A DNA stretch of 64,000 bases from Azolla caroliniana (GCA_043228905.1 JBHGNT010000017.1:3224001-3288000), one strand, 5' to 3'. Numbered from the stretch's first letter, positions 23,201 to 35,234 are shown. Notes: generated from the sequence alone by a model not told the origin. Numbers and translations are program-made.

Positions 23201-23643
23201 GTTTTGCTTGGGCATTGATTACTGTAATGCCCTTCTTTTCGGCAGTAATAACAGTACACCCTGTGCGTGTTGCTAGATTCTCCTTTTTCCCATGTTTGGG
23301 GGAGGGGCATTCCCCGGCGGTTGTCCTCGGTTTTTCGGTTCTCCGGTGCCGCTACTGGTTTGTCATTCCTTGTTGCCTCCCGACGCTCCTCTCTACGGAA
23401 GAATCCACGCCTTTGGTTCCGTCGGAAATTCCGGTTCCCTGGCCGCCTTTCTTCTCTGCGTCGCTCGTATTCCGGGGATTCGTCTCGGTCGTACCGGTCC
23501 CGGGGGTAGCTATCCCTTCGGTTCTCCTCTCGGTCATAGCTGTCGCGTCTTCTATCGGGGTATCTGTCGCCGCGTTCTCGTCGGTAGCGGTCGTCCCTCC
23601 GGAATCGATCCTCTTCCGGGTCCCGATTGCGCGGTTCTATGTG
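20233..23643 (-). CDS. pol: E pol: R/D-rich linker, CCHC knuckle, protease, RT, RNase H, integrase zinc finger only
   Basis: IIDGGSGVN, SFLDGFSGYNQI, VFLDDF, VDASD, YSTTEREALG, then H..GH..C..C and a stop. No DDE core. Confidence 0.9.
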   Translation of the reverse strand, partial: HIEPRNRDPEEDRFRRDDRYRRERGDRYPDRRRDSYDREENRRDSYPRDRYDRDESPEYERRREERRPGNRNFRRNQRRGFFRREERREATRNDKPVAAPENRKTEDNRRGMPLPQTWEKGESSNTHRVYCYYCRKEGHYSNQCPSKTADKQPAVNMVTAEVQQVTTRSKGKAAEWEAQEAIRKQAAQWIKEANEQGAAEVRNQNMPREEEIVQPGENPTWQALQDCQIVLPLARLLQLVPRFTADLQAAVRKPTPTPAPAFFSNPEEGPAVVDTSSPAITTIVKGKEIPGTIIDGGSGVNVISRQTCDDLGIQEWEPCPFWLRMADTSSVRPTGLIRDLEVTIGGHVFRISAVVLELKVQGAYPLLLGRPWLRTAHIKQNWQKNMITFRRGKTKVRVATQPRVLTSKEATPLYAESINMLEGLPDEEVDRYLEEHPQIVPLFEVDITAAVEPYITMPDEPDKVAIRELRQAQEALEREMTISQRVKASQLEEVDLGTTEQPRPVKVAKELPKEEKQAMVALLTDFKDVFAWSYEDMRGLDPQLYQHQIHLSTDAKPIAQRRYRMNPNYAAKVKEEIDKLLRVGFIRPVKQATWLSPIVVVPKKNGKIRVCVDYRKLNAATVTDAFPLPFTDGVLDAVAGHEVYSFLDGFSGYNQIRMNPADQEKTAFVTEWGVFVAVVMMFGLKTAPATFQRIIMEIFGDFIPGFMQVFLDDFAVYSRHGEHLDHLRLCLEKCREYRLSLNPAKCVFGVASGNLLGHVVSREGIAVDPDKVKAILDAPAPNSAKALSRFLGQIRWHSRMIRHLADVATPLHAVVHRVPFQWTETEEAAYQALKVMLSQAPVVQPPDWSKSFHVFVDASDVAIGSVLMQLTEPKWYRPVYYASRKLSKAERNYSTTEREALGMVYSVTKYRHYLLGRKFSFHVDHSALLYLVSKAALTGKLARWTLLLQEFEFDIFHRPGVQHAVADYLSRLESGESGDGVQDEFPDAELFKVTTAPATETTVADEDKWLTEMHQFLSTGVPPENLDRDERKRMAVRSRHFCLVGDTLYHKGADGVWRRAVRSDEKDLILREAHCGIAGGHYAGETTARKIWQSGLWWPTTMRDAVKYSRECDLCQRLGQPTEQKRWHCRTERDNG

Positions 23644-24981
23644 TCAGACCGGTGCTGCTTGTCGAGTTAACAGGTTATACTCGCATCGGTTCGTTGTGTG
23701 GGCGCGAGAATTGCATATCATGCACTGTGCACGCAGGGTGCAGTCGACGGTCGAGTGCCCCGCATTTAGGCATGTTGTGCATTGTAGTGCTTGTCGGAAC
23801 CGGAGGTCCTCCTCCTTCGGCAGCGCCTGGTGTAACGCCCCCATCGGCAGGAAGGGGCTCGTGTTGTCCATTTCCAGGACCCGATCAATGACTTGGTCCA
23901 TTGTGCTGGTGCTGAAATCGAGGATTCCACACATCGCTCGAAGTGGGTCTTTTAACGCAGCCAAAAAGACTGCCTTGGCCTCCTCTTCGGGTGGTGCTCT
24001 TGCTAATTGACTGTGCAAGGTCTGGAAACGAATGATAAATTGTGGGACCGTCTCGTTTTCTCCCTGCCGAGTGGTGTAGAATTGTCCGACCAATTCCCTT
24101 TGTTCCACTCGTCTATGAAACAAGCGTAAAAACTGGGTTTTCAATGCCTCGAACGTGGCGAAGCTGCCTGGTAAGTGCTTTGCGTGCCACCGGGCCGCCG
24201 GTCCTTCTAATGTCATGCCGAATTCGGCGATTTTGGATCGGTCGGCCTCGGGCTCCATCAATCTTTGGGACACGTGGTTGGCTTCCCATGTTCGCAGGAA
24301 TGCATACACATGTGCCTCTCCGTCGGGCTCATCCCGATACTTTGGGTACGGATACGGCATCGTGTCGTCCCACTGATTCTCCTGCGCTGGTTCCTCCGAT
24401 GTCGGTCTCCGCTCCTGCGGTTCCTCCGCAGGTGGTGTTGGTATCCGCTCCTGCGGTTCCTCCGCGGGTGGTGTTGATAACCGCTCCTGCGGTTCCTCCG
24501 CGGGTGGTGTTGATAACCGCTCCTGCGGCTCCTCCGCGGGTGGTGTTGGTATCCGCTCCTCCCTCCTCGGCGATTGCCGGTCACCGAACTCCAGAGTTAT
24601 TTCCTCCTCTGGCTCCGATGTTGCTGAGTGATCCGACTCAAAGGGGTTGTTCTCGTGGCTGCTTTTATAGCGGGATCCCACGCTTTCCCCGCTATCCGAA
24701 TCCGCCTCTAATGTTGCAAATGCCGCTGCGTCCCCGTCGCCGCCGGCGAGAGTCTGTAGTAGTGTCTCCGCTTCTTGGAGGCTGGTTATGCTACTGCCTT
24801 CGTCGGAAGCTTGTAGAACCTGGAACTGCAGTGCTTCTTCTGCGATTTGCCGAAGCGTTTTTGAGAATGACCGATCGCGCCGGATCTCGTCGACGGCTTG
24901 CTGCAGGGCTTCCCGTCGTCGCTGCCGTTCGGCGTGGCGTCTCCCTCTTTCGGTGATGTGGTCGTTATTTTGTCTAGACAT
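23644..24981 (-). CDS. gag: E gag (two CCHC knuckles; ~5 x 39-bp PAEEPQER repeats at ~24400-24560), in frame with pol across a single TGA
   Basis: Retrotransposon gag motifs LEGPAARW / RQGENETVPQF; knuckles CTTCLNAGHSTVDC and CMICNSRAHTTNRC. Confidence 0.88.
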   Translation of the reverse strand: MSRQNNDHITERGRRHAERQRRREALQQAVDEIRRDRSFSKTLRQIAEEALQFQVLQASDEGSSITSLQEAETLLQTLAGGDGDAAAFATLEADSDSGESVGSRYKSSHENNPFESDHSATSEPEEEITLEFGDRQSPRREERIPTPPAEEPQERLSTPPAEEPQERLSTPPAEEPQERIPTPPAEEPQERRPTSEEPAQENQWDDTMPYPYPKYRDEPDGEAHVYAFLRTWEANHVSQRLMEPEADRSKIAEFGMTLEGPAARWHAKHLPGSFATFEALKTQFLRLFHRRVEQRELVGQFYTTRQGENETVPQFIIRFQTLHSQLARAPPEEEAKAVFLAALKDPLRAMCGILDFSTSTMDQVIDRVLEMDNTSPFLPMGALHQALPKEEDLRFRQALQCTTCLNAGHSTVDCTLRAQCMICNSRAHTTNRCEYNLLTRQAAPV

Positions 24982-27900
24982 CCATCCCCCGGTTGTCCTC
25001 TGCACTCTGCAGGAATCGTGGTCGCCAAAATAGTGTTGTATGTATGGCTGGACTAGCCTCAACACAGGTGTCTATCCGACACTTCTCCAAAGGGGTGGTA
25101 GGGATAGAATGTTAATACACGCGTATGATAATTACACTTAAGCACAGACGAAGACAAGATTAATCAGCATAAGCAAAACTATATTAATTCTTCGCCCCTT
25201 CATTACAAAACATCGGATCCTTTTATAGGCATCCGGCCAGATTACAATCGGTGCTCGGTAGGCAACCGTTAACCGAAACCGAATCGGTTCGGATCCGGAT
25301 CCGTTACAACTACCGGATCCGTCCCTCCTAATAATTCTATTCCTATTTCTATATTTATCCGATCCGACCTTGCTTTCCCATTTGCCTTCTCTGACCGGCC
25401 AACAATCGCCACTCGGGGAAATCCGGCAAGACGCTTTTCTTCCGGAATGTCCCGCATCAGCATCTCTGCACCGTAGGACGCCAAGTACTTCGTGGCATCC
25501 TTTCCGCTGAATCGGCCGATTGTACCGACGACCGCCTCAATGGCTCTGTCGAGGGCGCTGGAGCCCTCGCGTGCGTTTACTAACCGGTCAACGGCCGAAG
25601 CCATGGCCTCTGCAAGATCCGATCCCCTCATTTCCTGCTCTTCTGCCGCCTCTTTCACGTCGGGTTCACCAAGATGTCGAGATATTACGCAAGTGCGTAT
25701 AGAAACGAGGCGGGACCGCGGGGGTCTTGAACCGAAGAGCAAGCGAGGGTGGAGAAAGAGAGAGGACCGGTTACGCAGGACCGGGGATACACAGGGACAC
25801 GGCCCTTCAACACAGAGAACGCGAATAAACGCCGACACAGGTAGACGCAAACAAATGAATATATATATATATATATAAGCAAATATCTGATCAAGAAGCT
25901 ACAACCCGCGATGGGGCACAGGATGGTTACAACCGAACAGGCCGGCGAACAGATGCCAATGCCTGTTCGCTGCGTCGCACAAAAGGGAGCAGGTCAGAGG
26001 TGCTGCCGGAAGCACTCGGGCGTTCCTCGCAACAGCGCGAGCCTCCTCGAAACCCTGCACAGGAAAAGCTATGGAGGAAAAAAAAGGAAGGAGAACAGAG
26101 AGCGAAGCGTCCAGAAACGGTCCGACAGCACTTCCTCCTCTCTGCGCGATCCCCGTTCTTCCCCGTCCTCCTCCTTTTTATCCGTCGAGAAGGAGCCGTT
26201 CGGCATTAAATTCCTACCTACCGTATCTAACCACTTCGATCCTACTAGGTACCTAATTCGCCTCTATGTACAACTTGGCGCGCACGTGCGTGAAGAGCCG
26301 GTTCCCACGCCTTGGTGCCCCAATTCCACCCTTGGACGGTTTTCTTCACGACACCGCGCGGAACAACGGGTCCAGGAGGTCACCGGTTGGGACGATCCGG
26401 TCGAAGAGAAAACGGGCTTCGTAGAAGCCGCTTGCCAGAACTACGAGGTTCTGGTGGAGGACAAACGAGCAGGAAAGACCGGAGGGGTTGGCCCCCCCGC
26501 AGAGGTACGAGACTCGGTTCGGACTGATAGTATTAATAATACTAATAGAGTGTCTGATAGTATTAATAGTACTCATACCCCAAGTATCTCAAACAAATTT
26601 GAAATCCTTAGTCAATTAGATGAAGAGTTAAACGATTGAGTCCAGCCAAAATAGGAGCCGTTTGGTTGGACAACCCTAGATCTGTACAACCCATTAGTGG
26701 TTCCATTCCCTCCAAGCAAATTAGCAATGTGTTCCTAGCCCAAGTCATGGTTAGTACTAAAAGTACCCCCCAGTACACGTCATAACACTTCTAGATTTCG
26801 GAGCTAATTCCTGTTTCATGGATCAAAATTTTGCACAAGCTTCTCAGATATCCTTAAGAAAACTTCCTTACCCTGCATCTGTAGTAGTCATTGATGGTCG
26901 TCCCATTGCTTCGGGGAATATTGCAGAAGAGTTAGAACCCATTCAAGTTGTCCTAGGTAGTTTTGTGTGTGTAGTATCATTTAATATAATTAGTAGTCCA
27001 GAGCATCCCATTGTCCTGGGATTACCTTGGTTTGAATTACATAATCCAGACATAGATTGGAGAACAAGAGAAGTTAAACATCAACCACCCCAAGAATCTA
27101 CTCATCGAGTTTCGACCATTTCACTACGTCAATTACGCGAAGGACACAAGGAGGCAATGTTCGTATTTGCAATATCAGTACATCCTTCAAGCACTATTGA
27201 GGATGAATCCTTAGTGCAACTCCCGGCAAAATATCATCCTTATGCCGATGTATTTGACAAGGTAAAAGCTGGTACTCTTCCTCATCATCGTCCCTATGAT
27301 TGTCCCATCGATTTACAACCAGGAGCAGAGCCACCATGGGGACCAATTTACAACTTGTCACCCACCGAGTTAGAAGTCCTTCGAGCCTACATAGAGGAGA
27401 AGTTGGCAAGCGGGTTCATTCGTCATTCGAAATCTTAGGCCGGTGCACCCATCTTCTTTGTCAAGAAGAAAGATGGCTCACTTCATCTCGTCGTTGATTA
27501 CCGCGGTTTGAATAAAGTCACCATCCGGAATAGGTATGCACTTCCTCTTATATCAAGTCTTTTAGAGCAAGTTAATGGTGCCAAGTTTTTTACAAAATCG
27601 ATCTACGAGGAGCGTATAACCTCGTGTGGATCCGACCGAGAGATGAATGGAAGACCGCCTTTCGCACGCGGTATGGGCACTTCGAATATACTGTTATGCC
27701 TTTCGGTCTAACCAATGCACCCGCAGTCTTCCAACACATGGCAAATGATATATTCAAAGACCTCTTGGATATTTGTTTGATAATCTATCTGGATGATCTA
27801 CTGATTTATTCGAAGATCCAGGAAGCACGATTCTCATGTACTATTAGTACTAAAACGACTCCGCGAGAATGGTCTTTATGCCAAGCTAGAAAAATGTAGT

Positions 27901-30900
27901 TTTCATTGCAAGCAAGTGGAATTTCTAGGCTACGTCATCTCTTCAAAGGGCATCTCCATGGATCCAACTAAAGTCCAAATTGTGCTAGAATGACAAACTC
28001 CACGGTTGGTACGAGATGTACAATGTTTTCTAGGTTTTGCTAACTTTAGCCGAAAGTTTATACAGGATTACTCGAAGATTATTTTACCTCTCACACAACT
28101 TACGAAGAAGGGACAAGCATTTCTTTGGTCCAATGAAGCGGACATGGCTTTTCGGCATCTTAAGAAAGCCTTTACATCAGCACCTATTCTAGCTCATGTG
28201 GATACAAGCAAACCATTCATCATGGAGGCCGATGCATCAAATTTCGCCCTCGGTAGCATCCCTTCTCAACAAGGAGATAAAGAAGAGTTACATCATGTGG
28301 TTTTCCATTCGCGCAAATTCGATGCTACGGAAATCAACTACGAAATACATAACAAGGAGTTATTGGCCATCGTGGATTCATTTGTGCAATGGCGGCATTT
28401 TTTGGAGGGCTCTCCACATCAGGTCATCGTCTTCAATGGTCACAAGAATCTTTCTTATTTCCAGAATGCTCGTGTGCTAAATCGACGGCAAGCTAGGTGT
28501 CGAATACGAGTGTATAATGGCCGTATTCACATTGTCCCTTTGGACAGCCCAAGTTTGGGCTATTTCTGTAAATAGCATAAAGGGCAGTTGCCGTAGGATA
28601 GTCACTATATAAAGTGACTTTGTAACCTTTAGTGGACGTTGGTTGTCTTTTGTAACTGTTGCTATTGGAATATAACGTTTCCTTTGTGCCTCTCTCTCTC
28701 TCTCCCTCTGTGTCTATCTTGCTCACGCATACACAAGTTCTTCTTCATCACGAATGTTGCTTGCACTTCCGCATTGACGACCTTGTCCCCAACATTTGGT
28801 ATCAGAGCATTGGAGGTTCTTCAACCCGCTGTCGGCCGTCATCGCACAATACAACATTTTGTTTTCATTTTTCTTGAAGAACAGAGAAGGGAGAAGAAAA
28901 ACAAAAAGCTCGCATCTCACTGTGTTAAATCACAAATTGGAGTAAGCCAGTCGATTGTACTTTGTTCCTGTGATTGTAACCGCTTGAGGGGAGCTCCTTG
29001 AGCAACAACCACTTCGTGCTTCACTCGGCTAATCGACATTCGGGAGGATCAGTTGGATCCGTCCCTCTCATCGTTGCAGTCATCCAAAGCAGAATCGGCC
29101 CAAACAATCGGTTTCGTGTAATCGGTATTCGGCATACAATCGGAAGCTAACCGGGCTCACTCCGACTCCGCAACATTCGGGAAGACCAACCGGTTCTGTT
29201 CCTCGAGTTACCGGAGTCACAAGTATCCAAAACCAAACCGACTCGGGTTCAAAAACCGACTAGAAGGATATCGGGTGAGCCGACCGGCTGCACCCCACTA
29301 AGGTTCGTAGTCAACTCCGAACCAAGTCTTACCAACCGAAACCAAAGCAGATGGCATCAACATCCGGCTCATCTGAGATGAGTCTAAGGAGGTTCGAACT
29401 TCAACTTTTGGAAGGAACAAATGCAGGACTATCTCATAGTCAAGGGTCAGATAGACCCGATTGAGAATGCAAATCCTCCAGAAGCATACAAGGCAAACGA
29501 GCTGGACAGAATCGTCCGCGCCACTATTCAGATGCACTTGTCGGAGTCAGTGTACTTCACAGTGCAATCATGCACGACAGCGTTTGAACTTTGGAAAACA
29601 CTGTCGGAAACTTATGAAAAGAAGGTTGCCGCAACGAATATGTATATGATCTGGCGCCTCTACAACTTGTGGATGAAAGAATTTGATTCGGTTCAGGCAC
29701 ACCTCAACGAGTACGAAAGCATAAGCTCCCAAATCTCGTCTCAAGGGACGACAATCGAGGATGAACTCAGAGCAATGATACTCATGAGTAGTCTCCCCTC
29801 TTCATGGGAAACTTTCGTTACAACCGTGTGCAATGCTTCAACAACTGTCGTTAAGTACACCGAAGTCACGAGCGCAATCCTGAATGAAGCAACTTGGAGA
29901 AAGTCTTTCGCCAAACACTCGGCAGATGAAGCTTACATAGTACAAGGTTCGACCAACCAATCGAACAACCAGGGAAGAAGTTCTTCCCGACCATCGAACA
30001 ATCAACGAAGCCGGAGCAAGTCCCAGGACAACCGCATTTGCAACTACTGCAAGAAACCGGGACACATCAAAGCCAACTACCGGGCACTCAAATAAAAAAC
30101 TGACAAAGCTTAGAGAGTGGATCAGAAGAGTAGCCAGCATGAGGAGGTAAACTACGTCGGCTCTTCAACTGAAATTTTGACGACCGACCATATTGTCCAT
30201 AGAAAACCCAGACGAATAAGAAGTTCTACTTATGACTGAGGAATCGAGCACATGGCTCCTGGACTCGGGCGCATCGTATCATGTGACACCTCACCGATCT
30301 CAATTTCGGCAATACTCGGACCGGCACTCCAACTCAGTTCGAGTCGGAAACTTGCAGCACTGTGCTATAATCGGAATCGGCACCGTAGAGCTCAATCTTC
30401 CGGGAGGCTCTACACTCGTACTACACAACGTCCGACATGTTCCTGAGCTCTCAAGACCCTTGATCTTAGTCAGACAACTTGACGAAGCCCGCATTCGTGT
30501 CGGATTCTCATCAAGAGGGTGGACACTCCACAAAGGGAACCTCTTGCTTGCTCGAGGACCAAAGGTACATTCCTTGTATCCTTTATATATCACACTCAAA
30601 GAGGGTGACTTATTTTTTGTTGATATCCCCGTGTCATCGTTATGGCACAGACGACTTGGACACCTCAGCAAGGCCGGCATAACACACCTATCCAGAGCCG
30701 GTTACATCCCCAAACTCTCCTTCTCGAATCACCAATTCTGCGAGCATTGCCAGTACGGCAAACAGGTAGCCTCATCACACCCGACATCAGCACCAAGAGA
30801 ATCGAGCCCACTTGATTTGGTCCGCTCGGACGTCTGTGGCCCAATGCCACATCAGTCTCTCGGCGGTGCTTTGTACTTCGTCAGTTTTATTGATGACTCA

Positions 30901-31452
30901 ACTCGGAAGATGTGGGCTTACCCCATCAGAACCAAATATCAGGTGTTCTCGATCTTCTCCGAATGGCTTGCAATGGTCGAAAATCAAACCGGTTGGAAAC
31001 TGAAATGTCTCCGAACCGACAATGGAGGAGAATTCAAGTCTGAAGAATTCGTCAAATTGTGCTGGGAACGCGGCATTCGACGTGAATATACGACACCCTA
31101 TAGTCCGGAGCAGAACGGAATTGCTGAACGCATGAATCAGACGATTTAAGAACGCGTTGTCGCGTTGTTACGCGCGTGCGTGGAGAAAGGCGGGACCACG
31201 GGGGTCTTGGACTAGGGAGCGACGGAGCGTACGAAGTCGCACTTCACCGTTTCCGGGGCATCCCAGAAGCACACCGGAAGCAACCGAAGGGAGAGAGAGA
31301 AAGAGAGGGAGCGCGTGCTTGACACCGACTCACGCGCACACACACACACACACGCACACACACACAACTCACGCCCTCATGTACAGGAAACACAGGAAAG
31401 GGGAAGCACCCGACACCAACAAAGACGCCAATATACACAGACAGACGCAAAC

Positions 31453-31488
<36 letters not shown>

Positions 31489-34400
31489 GAAGAATACATT
31501 CCCGGCTTCGACCCGGACTGAGGTAGGTTACAGTAGTCGTCTACTGCCAAGCCGCCGTCGGGGAGCTCTCAGCTCGTCGCGCCGAGCAGGGTCTTGCACA
31601 GGAGGCCAAACCCAAGCAAACCCTAAGCAAACACGAAGGGGAAGAAGAAGAAGAGGAAACCTAACTCTAAACCTAACGGTATACCCTCTAATGCAAAATG
31701 AGCAACCGTTACACAAAGGGCGTTCCCTTCCTTTTATAGAACAAGGAAAGGGATGCGTTACAATGTGGGACAAATCTCGACTTACATGGGATCGTCTGTC
31801 CCGACTTGACTACTCTTCGGCGCCATAAAGGCACCCTCGATATTCACACTAAATGTACACGGCTGCGTACACACGCTGCACCCCGCCGATGTAGCCAATG
31901 TTTCCCGGTTTCCGCCTCTGGCCGAAATTCTTCACGACATCCGCCCCCACCTAACTGCACGTCCACCGGTACGTGCCAAATCTGGTTGAAGGGTGAGAGA
32001 TTTCGGCCGGCGAGAAACCGGTCTTCCATGATCCGCATCCCGGCTCGCTGCCGGTTTGATCCGTCGGCTTCGATTCTTCCTTCGCGCTTACCTCCCCGTA
32101 GGCTCGTTCGACCCGTCGATGGATCCTCTGCCGCGATCTCCGTAGTACGCGTACTTCTGTTGGCCCTTGTTCGGTCGTATGAACACCCCGCTTCCCGCCG
32201 TATGCTCGATGTCCTCCGTTTGAGGAACGCACGTAGCGGGCCGCTTGGCCTCCGTTGATCATTCGCGTCGTCCTGATTGCCGTCCCTTGTCGTTTCGCAT
32301 TGCCCTCGTCCTCTCGCCGCCACCTTCCTTCCCCATGGTCTTACATCGCCGCGTCGGCTCGAACCGCCATGGTCTCCGGAACGGTGTGGGGATCCCTTTC
32401 CGGCCTTGTCCGCGATACCTCCGAACCGCGCAACCGATCTCCGCACTCGCCTTTCCGCTCCCGCAACTCCGTGTGCCACATACCCTCGTCTGTTGTTTGG
32501 CACCGCCTGTGCCGTACTCCGGTTCATTGCAGGCCTCGTCGGCCCCTTTCCCGGCCAGCTCGTGCATCGCCGCTCACCCGCATACTAGTGTCCTTCACAT
32601 CCGGGGAACATCCTGTAGTAGCCCGCTTGACCCTTCCCGTCTACGTGCTGCTGCAACAGGTCCTGAGTCTTTCGTTTGCCATCGTCCCCTCGCCCCCACC
32701 AGCTTGTCATCCCGGCTTTCCGTGTCAATCTTCGCTACTACGACGGAGCTACCGAGATCTATGAAGCGAGTGTGAAGGATCCTCCTCCGGCCTCTCTTAA
32801 CATCTCCTGACTCCGACCCTGTGCAGTCCACTAGGCACTTGTCACCTCGTTCCCGGCACCTCCCTTGTGCCGTCTTCCGCTTCCTTTGTTCGGCCCCGCC
32901 CGCGCCGAACACCGTTCTGTAGTCACGCTCCGATCCGGCCCGCGATGGCCACTTGCGAGACTCTTGTTCTATCCCAGGTGTGCCTTTCCGGCCTGACACA
33001 CCTCCCCGTGTTTGCTCCTACCGGCTCCTTCCGAAACCTCGTGTTGTCGGGTCTCATTCCCTGCCGCCACCGTCCTTCTCCCTCGGTCTCACGTTGCCAC
33101 GTTGGCCGAACTACCGGGGTCTCCGGATCGGTGTGAGGGTCCCATAGGACCGGACTCCGTGTCTATGCTGGCTGTAATTCGGGTGTCTTTTGTTTGAGTC
33201 CCTCCCGGACTCTCCTCATGTCTTCTGCGTAGTCGGGTCCCGTTTCCCGCCGCTACCTTCCTTCTCCCTCGGTCTTACGTTGCCACGTTGGCCGAACAGC
33301 CGGGGTCTCCGATTAAGTGTGGGGATCCCGTAGGTCCGGACTTCCTTACGCCCATTGCCTTCGTCACCTCGCCGCCACCGTCAGTATCTTGGTCTTACGT
33401 TCGACCGCGTTGCCGACTACCGAAGTCTCTAGAACCGGTGTGAAGGATCCTCCGTAGACCGCCCTTACGTAGCCACCGACTCTTCGTAGTCGGCGGTCGT
33501 CTCCTTACCGATCGCGCAAGCCCCTTGTGGGCTTGCTTCCCCAATGACCGGGATCTCGGGCTGACACGCCCGAAACCGCTCGTCCCAACATCCCGGTTCC
33601 GCGATCTGTATCTCGGCCTCGTCCTTGGCCGTTCTATCTCCGCAAGTCGATAGGGCGTTTTCTTCCGCACCCTTTCCTGTGGTACCATCGTACCAATCTT
33701 CCGTCGTCGCGTGGGGCAAGTCCGTCTCCTCAGTCTAGGCTTGCGGCCTTGATCTTTCCTCATCCTCGAGCATCGCCTCGAGAGCTGCGTACGCCTCCGC
33801 AATCCTGGCCCCAAAGCCGATCCTTGCCAACTCCCTTTTCTGTTCGGCCTCTTCCCGCTGTGATGGCACGCCGTCGCGTACCTTCCTCTTAGCCTTCTCG
33901 GCTCGCTCGTTGTCTAGCCGTTGGCACACCCTTCCGACCTTCGACCAGTCCTCCGTAAGCCCATTCGCCCCGTCATCGTCTTCGAGCTCAATCCCGATTG
34001 CTTCCTGTTCCGCTCGGTCGATCGACATGACAAACAAAAGGACTTTGTCCGCCCCCACCAAACCTTGTTCCCTGCTCCGGGAGCCGAGCAAGCCGTCGCT
34101 CGAACTCTCGGAACGCCTTCGTCGCACCCCGGTGGGTTCTTTGCCGATGCTACCACTGGTCGATGTCGTGCCGTCCCCGGCACTTCCGCCGTCCTTTGTA
34201 TGCCTTCAGGAGCGCCTCTTCGAAGGCTCCCACGAAGTATGAGCCTCACGGAGCTCTTTTACTTCCGCATGCATCCGGACAGCTACGACCCGACAGAAGA
34301 ACTCCAGCCTCAACGCCTCGTCTACGCCACGCTCCTCCATTTCCGCGTTGTAGGCTTCCAAGTAAGATGGGACTTTGTCCCCGTTGAAACGGCCGACTCT

Positions 34401-35234
34401 TTCGACCACTCGCTCAACCGCTTGTTGCGCTGCTTCTCGCCTCATCACCACTCGTGCCGACTCCAACACCACTTCGGCCACCATCTCCGCAAGTTCGTTG
34501 TCTTCCGACTCCATCCTCCCTTGCCGCCTTTCACGTCGGGTTCACCAAAGATGTCGCGTTGTTACGCGCGTGCGTGGAGAAAGGCGGGACCACGGGGTCT
34601 TGGACTAGGGACCGACGGAGTGTAGGAAGTCGCACTTCACCGTTTCCGGGGCATCCCATAAGCACACCGGAAGCAACCGAATGGAGAGAGAGAAAGAGAG
34701 GGAGCGCGCGCTTGACACCGACTCACGCGCACGCACGCACACACACGCACACACACACACAGCTCACGCGCTCATGTACAAGAAACGCAGGAAAGGGGAA
34801 GCACCCGACACCAACAAAGACGCCAATATACACAGACAGACGCAAACGTATATATATATATATATATAGAAGAATACATTCCCGGCTTCGACCAGGACTG
34901 AGGTAGGTTATAGTAGTCATCTGCTGCCAAGTCGCCGTCGGGGAGCTCTCAGCTCGTCGCGTCGAGCGGGGTCTTGCACAGGAGGCTGAACCCAAGCAAA
35001 CCCTAAGCAAACACGAAGGGGAAGAAGAAGAAGAGGAAACCTAACTCTAAACCTAACGGTATACCCTCTAATGCAAAATGGGCAACTGTTACACAAAGGG
35101 CGTTCCCTTCCTTATGCACAAAAAACGCAGGAAAGGGGAAACACCAGACACCAACAGAGACCCGGATATACACAGACAGAAGCAAACGTATATATATAAA
35201 CATATAGAAGAAGAATACATTCCCGGCTTTGATC

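Larger units (their letters stand above)
16924..25404 (-). mobile_element. Element E: young non-chromovirus (Athila/Tat-like RT) Ty3/gypsy element lacking the integrase core, with a large extra ORF
   Basis: Identical 371-bp LTRs at 16924-17294 and 25034-25404, perfect 5-bp TSD ATCGC, PBS TGGCGACCAC at 25018-25027 (probably tRNA-Arg). Confidence 0.95.
10790..26353 (-). mobile_element. Element D: full-length tRNA-Trp-primed Ty3/gypsy element (probably Ylt1-like), host of E
   Basis: 679-bp LTRs at 10790-11468 and 25675-26353 (about 9 substitutions), Trp PBS, PPT GGTTAGGTGGGGGCGGA, 4-bp TSD ctgc/ccgc, gag-PR then RT-RH-INT. Confidence 0.95.
7587..26524 (+). mobile_element. Element C: tRNA-Trp-primed Ty3/gypsy family member, 5' part only (LTR, PBS, gag); host of D
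   Basis: LTR 7587-8181 (TGTCGTGAAGAAAACC...GTGACA), PBS 8186-8203, gag homologous to D gag. Resumes after D at 26354 and ends abruptly at ~26524. Confidence 0.9.

Noticed and set aside
22034-24956. Long antisense ORFs over E (and over D and I)
   Set aside because: Shadow frames of GC-rich coding sequence with no independent domain signal.
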